In this document: one piece after another, positions 56,671-64,000 of the stretch
Layout: every line of letters begins with the position of its first letter
Numbering within the stretch: the stretch's first letter is position 1
NCBI GenBank assembly: GCA_963771355.1
Contig: CAVYTA010000006.1
Span: 1,408,001 to 1,472,000, forward strand
Length of the DNA: 64,000 bases
From: an uncultured Candidatus Rokubacteria bacterium
GTDB taxonomy: Bacteria > Methylomirabilota > Methylomirabilia > Rokubacteriales > CSP1-6
Direction of reading: 5' to 3'
Made by a program: the position numbers and the translations under genes
The notes under the pieces: model-generated
What the model saw: the letters and a program-made list of their open reading frames with translations, nothing else
Databases searched by the model: none
Told to the model about the DNA's origin: nothing

Positions 56671-58092
56671 ATGCGGACATGGATCGGCATCTTCGCCCTC
56701 GTGGCGCTGGGCCTCGGCGAGGCCCCCGCCTGGGCCCAGGATCGGAACGCAGAAGTGGAGGCGCTACGCCGGGAGCTGGAGAACGTGCGCCGGCAGTTCG
56801 AGACCATGAAGGACGGCTACGAGAAGGCGATCAACACGCTCGCGGATCGCCTCAAGGCGGTGGAGAACCGGCCCGCCGTCGTCACCGTCGCCCCGCCGCC
56901 GACCACGCCCTATCTGGGCGATCTGAGCGCCCAGGCGCGACCGGGAGGCCCGCCCTCCTTGATGGAGCTGGCGCGGCCGCGCGAGCCCTTCGGCCTCTAC
57001 GAGCGGCGCGGAGCGGGTCAGCTTCTCTTCGACATGGGGATCGCGGGCGACTTCATCGGCAATGTCACCCAGCGCAACGTGGACAAGGCCAATGCGGGGA
57101 CCTTCGCGGGGCGGGAGAATCGCTTCTTCCCGCGCGAGATCGAGCTGTCCTTCTTCGGCCAGGTCGATCCCTACGCCCGCGCGGAAGTCCGCATCGAGGC
57201 GGCCGAGGAGTTCGAGGACGGCGCGCGCGAGATCGAGCTGCGCCTCGCCGAGGCGCACCTCACCCTCCTGGCCCTGCCGTTCAATACCCAGGCCAAGATG
57301 GGCCTGATGCGGAACCGGTTCGGACTGCTCAACGAGCTCCACCGCCACGACGGGCCGCAGGTCGACCGGCCGAACGTGCTGACCCGCTTCTTCGGCGAGG
57401 AGGGCCTCGTTGAAGCGGGCGGAGAGCTCACCTGGATCGCGCCGCTGCCCTTCTACCTCCAGCTCCTCGGCGGCGTCTTCAACGGCGACAACGACGTCCT
57501 CTTCGGCTATGGGAAGATCAGCGAGCCCCTCTGGACCGGTCGCGTACGGACCTTCTTTGACTTCGATGAATTTGGAGCGATCCAGCTCGGCGCCTCGGTG
57601 GCCAGCGGGACCGATACCGACCGGCAGCGAAGCACCGTGGTGGGGGTGGACGCCAAGTACAAGTACCGGCCGGAGGGCTGGCAGCACGCGCTCTTCACCG
57701 TCGCCGGCGAGTGGCTGCACCTCACCCGCCGGGTCACGACCGAAGCGGCCGACATCGACGGCGACGGAATCCTTGACACCGAGCCCGAGAAGCGGACGCG
57801 CGAGAAGAACGGGTGGTACGCGTACGCCGAGGTCCAACCCTGGAAGCGCTGGCTCTTCGGCTTCCGCTACGACTGGACCGAGTTCCCCGATACGCGCGGC
57901 CACGAGTGGGCCGTCCAGCCCTACGTGGCCTTCATGCCCTCCGAGTTCCTCCGCTTCCGCCTGGGCTACAAGCACACCGAGCGCGACAAGCGCGACGGCT
58001 TCGGCGACAACGGCGGGAGCGCCCGCATCGTCGACGAGCTCCTCCTCCAGGCCACCTTCATTCTCGGCGCGCATCCCGCGCATCCGTTCTAG
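56671..58092 (+). CDS. Putative outer-membrane metal porin, copy 2 (intact)
   Basis: Signal peptide (APAWA-Q), coiled coil, amphipathic strands, LNELHRHD, C-terminus GAHPAHPF; directly upstream of an SBP. Confidence 0.8.
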   Translation: MRTWIGIFALVALGLGEAPAWAQDRNAEVEALRRELENVRRQFETMKDGYEKAINTLADRLKAVENRPAVVTVAPPPTTPYLGDLSAQARPGGPPSLMELARPREPFGLYERRGAGQLLFDMGIAGDFIGNVTQRNVDKANAGTFAGRENRFFPREIELSFFGQVDPYARAEVRIEAAEEFEDGAREIELRLAEAHLTLLALPFNTQAKMGLMRNRFGLLNELHRHDGPQVDRPNVLTRFFGEEGLVEAGGELTWIAPLPFYLQLLGGVFNGDNDVLFGYGKISEPLWTGRVRTFFDFDEFGAIQLGASVASGTDTDRQRSTVVGVDAKYKYRPEGWQHALFTVAGEWLHLTRRVTTEAADIDGDGILDTEPEKRTREKNGWYAYAEVQPWKRWLFGFRYDWTEFPDTRGHEWAVQPYVAFMPSEFLRFRLGYKHTERDKRDGFGDNGGSARIVDELLLQATFILGAHPAHPF

Positions 58093-58120
58093 TCTAATGC
58101 GGTCACAAGGAGATCGAACG

Positions 58121-59041
58121 ATGCGGCATTTGCTCGACCTCATCCTCGTCGCCCTGGCCGGGCTCGCGCTCCTCGCGGGCCCGGCGGGCGCGGCGGACAA
58201 GATCCGCGTGGTGGCCACCATCACCGACCTCAAGGCCCTCACCGAGGCGGTGGGCGGGGACCTCGTGGAAGTGGACGCGCTCGCCCGCGGGAACCAGAAC
58301 CCGCACGACCTCGAGGTACGCCCGAGCCTCATGGTCAAGGTGCGGCGGGCCGACGTCATCGTGATGAACGGCCTCGAGCTCGACCAGTGGGCCGAGGTGG
58401 TGATCCAGGGAGCCAACAACCCCAAGGTGGGCCCGGGGGCGCCGGGACGCGTGGATGCGTCGCGAGGGCATCCTCGTCCTCGAGGTGCCCAGGACCCGGG
58501 TGGATCGCTCCATGGGAGACGTCCATCCGGCGGGCAACCCGCACTACACGGTCGACCCGGGGATGGCCCCGGCCGTCACCGCCAATATCCTCAACGGGCT
58601 CGCCCGGGTCGCGCCGCAGAGTCGCGCCGCCTTCGAGCGGAATCGGGCGGCCTTCCTCGCGCGGCTCGAGCAGGCGCAGGCCCGGTGGACCGAGACCCTG
58701 GCCCCCGTGAAGGGTGCCCGGGTGGTGGTCGACCACGGCATATGGACGTACTTCCTCACGCGCTTCGGCCTCGTCCAGGCGGCCACGCGTGGAGGAGCGA
58801 CCGGGGATTCCCGCTACGCCCCGCCCATCTCGCCAGGCTCATCCAGCTCATCAAGGACGAGCGCATCAAGGTGATCCTGACCGTGCCGTGGAGCGACCGG
58901 AAGCTCGCCGAGCGGATCGGCCAGGAGGGCGGCGCCAAGGCGGTGCTCATGGCCCCGGCGGTGGGCGGGGTCAAGGGGCTCGACGGCTACATCGAGACGG
59001 TGGACTACAACGTCAAGACGCTGGCGCAGGCGCTGCGGTAG
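58121..59041 (+). CDS. Metal ABC transporter substrate-binding protein, copy 2 (frameshifted)
   Basis: QNPHDLEVRPS, NGLELD.W, GDVHPAGNPHY, VDH. Confidence 0.85.
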   Translation: MRHLLDLILVALAGLALLAGPAGAADKIRVVATITDLKALTEAVGGDLVEVDALARGNQNPHDLEVRPSLMVKVRRADVIVMNGLELDQWAEVVIQGANNPKVGPGAPGRVDASRGHPRPRGAQDPGGSLHGRRPSGGQPALHGRPGDGPGRHRQYPQRARPGRAAESRRLRAESGGLPRAARAGAGPVDRDPGPREGCPGGGRPRHMDVLPHALRPRPGGHAWRSDRGFPLRPAHLARLIQLIKDERIKVILTVPWSDRKLAERIGQEGGAKAVLMAPAVGGVKGLDGYIETVDYNVKTLAQALR

Positions 59042-59044
59042 ACG

Positions 59045-59884
59045 ATGGCGCGCCGACCTCCTCGCGCTGATGTGGGTGCCCTTCCTGATGTGCCTGGTCC
59101 TCACCGGCATCCACGCCTATCTCGGCATCCACGTCATCGCGCGGGAGGTCGTGTTCGTGGACATCGCGCTGGCCCAGATCGCCGCGCTCGGCGCCACCGC
59201 GGCCTTCGTCTTCGGGTGGGAGCTCGAGACCTGGGAGTCGTACGCGTTCGGGCTCGGCTTCACCATCCTGGGCGCCGTCGTCCTCGCGCTCACGCGCACC
59301 CGGGAGCGGCACGTGTCCCAGGAGGCGGTGATCGGCGTGGTCTACGCCGTCTCCTCCGCGGCGGCGGTGCTGGTGGCGGACCGCTCCCCCCACGGCGCCG
59401 AGCACCTGCGCGGCATGCTCGTGGGCAGCATCCTGAGCGTGCGGCTCGCCGAGCTGCTCAAGGTCGCCGGACTCTACGCGCTGATCGGGGTCTTCCACTG
59501 GTGGTGCCCGGCGGCCGTTCTTCCTCATCTCGACCAATCCGGCGGAAGCCTTCCGCCAGGGTGTCCGCGTCCGCTGGTGGGACTTTCTCTTCTACGCGTC
59601 CTTCGGCGTGGTGGTCACCAGCTCGGTCCGGATCGCCGGCGTTCTCCTCGTCTTCTCCTACCTGATCGTCCCCGCGCTGGCCGGCATCCTCGTGGGCGGG
59701 AGCCTGCGCACGCGACTCCTCGTCGGCTGGGCCTTCGGCACCGCGGTGAGCGTGCTCGCCATGCTCGCCTCGGCCATCCTGGACCTTCCCACCGGCGCCA
59801 CCGTGGTCTGCGCCTTCGGCGTCTGCCTGCTCGCCCTGGGCGCCGTCGGCCGGCCTCCGCGGACGCCCCGCCGCCGCCTCGTGA
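59045..59884 (+). CDS. Metal ABC transporter permease (ABC-3 family), frameshifted; end approximate
   Basis: HAYLGIHV..R.V.FVDIALAQIAALG, EAVIG, GSIL, GVLLVFSYLIVPA. Confidence 0.8.
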
Positions 59885-60805
59885 TCCGCCACACGCGTGG
59901 TGGGCATGGCGGTGGCCGCGCTCGATCGCGCTGGGGTGCGAGCGGGCCCCCGTGCCGCCTGCGGCGACGGCGCGGCCGCTCGTGGTCGCGAGCTTCTTCA
60001 CGCTCTGGGATTTCACCCGGCAGGTGGCGGGCGAGCGCGCGGAGGTCGTCTCGCTCGTGCCGCCCGGCGTGGAGCCCCACGACTGGGAACCCTCGCCCCA
60101 GGACGTGGTGCAGGCCCGGAAGGCGCGGCTCTTCGTGTACAACGGCGCCGGCTTCGAGCAGGCGGCGGATCGCCTGCTCAAGGAGATCGCAGGAAGCGGC
60201 GCCGCTGCCGGTCAACACCACCGCCGGAATCGCGCTCTCGAGGCGCCGGGAGGCGCGCGGGGGCCCGACAAGGACCACGCCGGACCCGCACGTCTGGCTC
60301 GACCCGGTCCTGGCGCAGGCGCAGGTGGACGCCATCACTGCCGGCCTCACGCAGGCGGATCCGGAAGGCCGAGCCGGGTACGCCGAGCGCGCCGCCGCCT
60401 ACAAGGCCAAGCTCGCGGCGCTCCATGCCGACTTCGAGGCCGGGCTGCGGGAGTGCGCCCGGCGCGACGTGGTGACGTCCCATGCCGCCTTCGCCTACCT
60501 GACGCGGCGCTACCGGCTCAACCAGGTCCCCGTCCTCGGCATCGCGCCCGAGTCCGAGCCGAGCCCCGCCGACCTGGCCCGCCTCGTGCGCTTCGCCCGC
60601 AAGGCCGAGCGTGCGGTACATTTTCTTCGAGACCCTGGTGAGCCCGAAGCTCGCCGAGACCCTGGCGCGGGAGGTCGGTGCGAAGACGCTCGTGCTCAAC
60701 CCGATGGAAGGCCTCACCAAGGAAGAGGCGGCGGCGGGCAAGGACTATCTCGCCCTCATGCGCGAGAACCTCGCGAATCTCCGGACGGCGCTCGAGTGCC
60801 GGTGA
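59881..60805 (+). CDS. ZnuA/AdcA-like zinc ABC substrate-binding lipoprotein (frameshifted; start approximate)
   Basis: Lipobox LGC; GVEPHDWEPSP, DPHVWLDP, SHAAFAYL, IFFE, LNPME. Confidence 0.85.
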
Positions 60806-61007
60806 GGCGCGCGCGGGCCCTGCCCCTCCTGCTGCTCGCCGTCGCCGGCGGGGTCGGCGGCGGCGCGAATGCCGAGCGAGAGAAGGAGAGGAGGGGGGGG
60901 GGGGGGAGGGGGGGGGGGGGGTGAGGGGTGGGTGGGGGGTGACCGAATATCACCGTCGTCGGCTGCCTGCTCGCCGCCGAGGCCTGGACGCGGCTCCGGT
61001 GACGCCG

Positions 61008-61913
61008 ATGCCGGCGCCGCGCGTGTGCTTCGTGACCTGCGCGACCTGGCCCGCCGTCTCGGAGAGCGACGGCTTCGTGGCGCGCGCGCTGGAGCGGCGC
61101 GGTGCCACCGTGACGCCACGCGCCTGGAACGACCCGGCCGCGCGCTTCGACGGCTTCGACGCGGTGGTGTTCCGCTCGAACTGGGACTATCACCACGCGC
61201 CCGAGGACTTCCTCGCCTGGCTCGCCCGCTGGGAGGCGGCGGGCGTCCGCTTCTGGAACCCGCCCGACCTGATCCGCTGGAATCTCTCCAAGCGGTATCT
61301 CGGTGAGCTCGAGCGGGCGGGCGTCTCGGTGGTGCCGACCGCCTACCTCGACGGAGACGATCCCGACGCCCTGCCCGCGCTGCTGTCCGCGCGCGGCTGG
61401 GAGACCGCGGTGGTCAAGCCGGTGCTGTCCGCGTCCGCGCACGACACCGTGCTCGTGGGGCCCGGGGAAGCGGGCGCCGTCGCGCGCACGATCGCCGCGG
61501 GCGGCATCCGGACCCCGGTGATGGTGCAGCCCTTCGTCGAGGAGATCCGGAGCCGGGGCGAGTGGTCCCTCGTCTTCATCGACGGGACGTTCACCCACGC
61601 CGCGCTCAAGCGCCCGGCCGCCGGGGAGTTCCGCGTCCAGCCGCGCTTCGGCGGCAGCTCCACCGCCGAGCGTCCGGGCGCCGAGCTGATCGCCGCCGGC
61701 CGGCGCGCGCTGGACGCCCTGCCCGTCCCGCCGCTCTATGTGCGGGTGGATGGAGTGGAGACGGCGCGCGGCTTCGTGGTGATGGAAGTCGAGGCGCATG
61801 AGCCGGGTCTCTTCTTTGCCCTCGCCCCGGAGGCGGCGGAGGCCTTCGCCGAGGCGATCGTCCGCCGCGTCCTGACTCCGCGCGCCTTGACACTTCGTAC
61901 CGGCGGCCGGTGA
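61008..61913 (+). CDS. RimK/glutathione-synthetase-like ATP-grasp protein
   Basis: RSNWDY, WN..K.YL, VVKP, QPF, GEWS, FRVQ..FGG, RVD, ME.E..EP.L. Confidence 0.88.
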   Translation: MPAPRVCFVTCATWPAVSESDGFVARALERRGATVTPRAWNDPAARFDGFDAVVFRSNWDYHHAPEDFLAWLARWEAAGVRFWNPPDLIRWNLSKRYLGELERAGVSVVPTAYLDGDDPDALPALLSARGWETAVVKPVLSASAHDTVLVGPGEAGAVARTIAAGGIRTPVMVQPFVEEIRSRGEWSLVFIDGTFTHAALKRPAAGEFRVQPRFGGSSTAERPGAELIAAGRRALDALPVPPLYVRVDGVETARGFVVMEVEAHEPGLFFALAPEAAEAFAEAIVRRVLTPRALTLRTGGR

Positions 61914-61938
61914 CTACACTGCAAGCGGTTTTCAACGC

Positions 61939-62601
61939 ATGACTCCGCCCGACCCCGCGCGCTGGCGGGCCCTCTGTCTGGGTGCCCTCGCGCTGTTCCT
62001 CGTCCTGAGCGCCGGGGCCGCTCTCGGCACCCTCCCCGGTGACGTCGCGGTGCGCGCGCTCGTGCGGGCGCATCTCGGGTCCGAGGCGGGGCCGCTGTTC
62101 CACGGCGTCAATCGCGGGGGGACCTGGCTGGTGCTGCTCCCCGCCACCGCGCTCCTCTTTGCCCTGTCCGCCCACGCACGTCGGCGCTGGTGGCTCTGGT
62201 GCGCGGTGCTCGTCCTCGCGCCGATCATCGAGGATGGCTGGAAGGTGCTGGTGGGCCGGACGCGGCCGGAAGGACCGGCGTTCGGCTTTCCGAGCGGGCA
62301 CGCGACCGCCGCCGCCGCCTATGTGGTGATCGCCCTCTATCTCCTCGGCCGCGCGCCGCTCGGACGCGCGGGGCGCGTGGCTCGTGGGCGCGGTCGTCGT
62401 GGTGGTGCTCGGAGTCGGCGTGGGTGCCGCGCGGCTCGCGCTGGACGCGCACTGGGTGTCCGACGTCGTCGGGCGGCTGGGCGCTCGGCACCGCCTGCGC
62501 GGCCGGCGCCGCCTGGTGGGACGCCTCGCGCGAGGCGGCCGCGCGCGCGGGGGCGGCGCCCGACCGCCGCCGAGCGGCTCGCGCGGCGGGCGGCGGATTG
62601 A
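61939..62601 (+). CDS. PAP2 family membrane phosphatase (frameshifted 3' part)
   Basis: K.LVGR.RP, FPSGHA, and ARL.L.AHW.SDV in a shifted frame. Confidence 0.85.
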   Translation: MTPPDPARWRALCLGALALFLVLSAGAALGTLPGDVAVRALVRAHLGSEAGPLFHGVNRGGTWLVLLPATALLFALSAHARRRWWLWCAVLVLAPIIEDGWKVLVGRTRPEGPAFGFPSGHATAAAAYVVIALYLLGRAPLGRAGRVARGRGRRGGARSRRGCRAARAGRALGVRRRRAAGRSAPPARPAPPGGTPRARRPRARGRRPTAAERLARRAAD

Positions 62602-62604
62602 CGC

Positions 62605-63348
62605 ATGCGGCCCTTCGTCGAGATCGAGAAGGTGAGCTTCCGCTACGGCGAGGTCTCGGTCCTCGAGGACATCGACCTCACGGTGGAGCCGGGCGACTTC
62701 CTGGGCATCATCGGGCCCAACGGCTCCGGCAAGACCACGCTGCTCCGCATCATGCTGGGCCTGCTCGCCCCCACCAGCGGCCAGGTCCGGCTGTTCGGCC
62801 GGCCGCCGGCCAGCCTCAAGCAATGGGGCCGGCTGGGCTATGTCCCGCAGAAGGCCACCTTCGACCCCGCGCTTCCCATCACCGTGGGGGAGGTCGTGGC
62901 CAGTGGGCTCGTCGCCACCCTGGGTCTGCTCCGACGCGTGGGCGAGGCCGAGCGGCGGCGCGTGGGGGATGTGCTCGCCCAGCTCGGCATGACCGCGTTC
63001 GCGACGGCGCGCGTGGGGGCGCTCTCGGTGGGCCAGCAGCAGCGCGTGCTCATCGCGCGAGCGCTGGTGTCCGACCCCGAGCTGTTGATCCTCGACGAGC
63101 CCACCGGCGGCGTGGACCCCGAGGCACAGACGAGCTTCTACGCGCTGCTGCATCACCTCAATCGCGAGCGAGAGGTCACGCTCATCCTGGTCAGCCACGA
63201 CATCGGCGTGGTGGCCAAGGAGGTCACGCGCCTGGCCTGCCTGAACCGGCGGCTGATCTTCCACGGCCGCCCCGGCGACTTTCTGAGCGATGCCGCCCTC
63301 ACCGCGCTCTACGGGCCGGCGGTGCGCGTCGTCTCCCACGAGCACTGA
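62605..63348 (+). CDS. znuC: Zinc/manganese ABC transporter ATP-binding protein
   Basis: GPNGSGKTT, GYVPQ, LS.GQQQR, LDEPT, SHD, C-terminal HEH. Confidence 0.9.
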   Translation: MRPFVEIEKVSFRYGEVSVLEDIDLTVEPGDFLGIIGPNGSGKTTLLRIMLGLLAPTSGQVRLFGRPPASLKQWGRLGYVPQKATFDPALPITVGEVVASGLVATLGLLRRVGEAERRRVGDVLAQLGMTAFATARVGALSVGQQQRVLIARALVSDPELLILDEPTGGVDPEAQTSFYALLHHLNREREVTLILVSHDIGVVAKEVTRLACLNRRLIFHGRPGDFLSDAALTALYGPAVRVVSHEH

Positions 63349-63360
63349 GGGAGCCCTCCC

Positions 63361-64000
63361 CTGCCGGAGTTCCTCGCCTACGACTTCATGCATCGCGCCT
63401 TCATGGCGGGGGCGATGACCGCCGTCATCTGCCCCGCCATCGGGATGTTCCTGGTGCCCCGGCGGCTCTCGCTGATCGCCGACAGCCTGGCGCATGTCGC
63501 CCTGGCCGGCGTGGCGCTGGGTCTCTTCCTGGGGATCTCGCCGCTCCTGGGGGCCCTCGTGGTCACGGTGGCGGGAGCGGTGGGCATCGAGCGCCTCCGC
63601 ACCCGCGGCGCGCTCTCGGGCGACGCCTCCCTCGCGGTGTTCCTCTCCGGAGGCTTCGCCCTCGCGGTGGTGCTCATCAGCCTCGCGCGCGGCTTCAACG
63701 CCGATCTGTTCGCCGTGCTCTTCGGCAGCATCCTCACCGTCAGCCCCGCTGACATCTGGCTGATCGGGGGGCTGGGGGCAGTGGTGGGCGTGACCATCGG
63801 GATCTTCTACCCGCGGCTCCTCGCCATCACCATGAATGAGGACCTCGCACGGACCAGCGGGGTCCCCGTCGACGCCCTCAACCTCGTGCTCACGCTCCTG
63901 ACCGCGCTCACCACGGTGGTGGCCATGCGCATGGTCGGGGTGCTCCTGGTGAGCGCCATGATCGTGATCCCGACCCTCACCGGCTTCGCGCTGGGCCGGA
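63361..64000 (+). CDS. znuB: Zinc/manganese ABC transporter permease (runs off the window end); probable CTG start
   Basis: PEFLAYDFMHRAF, G.FLV.RR.SL..D.LAH.AL.G, LFGSIL, VG.LLV.A. Confidence 0.88.
   Translation, partial: MPEFLAYDFMHRAFMAGAMTAVICPAIGMFLVPRRLSLIADSLAHVALAGVALGLFLGISPLLGALVVTVAGAVGIERLRTRGALSGDASLAVFLSGGFALAVVLISLARGFNADLFAVLFGSILTVSPADIWLIGGLGAVVGVTIGIFYPRLLAITMNEDLARTSGVPVDALNLVLTLLTALTTVVAMRMVGVLLVSAMIVIPTLTGFALGR

Noticed and set aside
60888..60940. G-quadruplex or phase-variable poly-G tract
   Set aside because: It lies in an error-rich segment and breaks an otherwise normal ORF; more likely a base-calling artefact.
61887..61920. TTGACA...TACACT promoter before PAP2
   Set aside because: The spacing is about 22 nt, too long for a sigma-70 pair.

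Overview
GC-rich (about 70%) bacterial chromosomal window with dense housekeeping and metabolic genes. I found no rRNA, tRNA, CRISPR array, transposase or phage genes. Gene content and the style of the GC-rich palindromic repeats resemble Candidatus Rokubacteria/Methylomirabilota (inference only). The left two-thirds hold an MFS transporter, an SDR/TauE/hot-dog-fold cluster, a circularly permuted ATP-grasp/alpha-E/transglutaminase operon, a fused double acyl-CoA dehydrogenase with a MaoC hydratase and CoA-transferase, clpS, a UxaA-family dehydratase, citrate synthase, a NYN protein, a selenocysteine (UxxC) DsbA-like lipoprotein with a SECIS hairpin, an aminotransferase/SerA-like pair, an Nramp-like transporter, an FAD/Fe-S oxidase, a GGT with a repeat insertion, a HelY-like helicase, mqnA, hisN and two Zn-ribbon-PilZ proteins. 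From about 50.7 kb to the end there is a metal-homeostasis island: a CopD-cytochrome c fusion, a CusF-like protein, a rhodanese, two paralogous outer-membrane porin + cluster A-I solute-binding protein modules, permeases and znuCB-like genes. The two most interesting signals are in this island. First, a His-rich secretory leader ORF ending in RAPP lies next to an anti-Shine-Dalgarno that can sequester the RBS of the second porin, a candidate metal-sensing ribosome-arrest switch. Second, three matched His-to-Asp substitutions separate the first porin/SBP module from the second, suggesting different metal specificity. The 53.8-62.6 kb region has many single-base indels that look like sequencing errors, so coordinates there are approximate.
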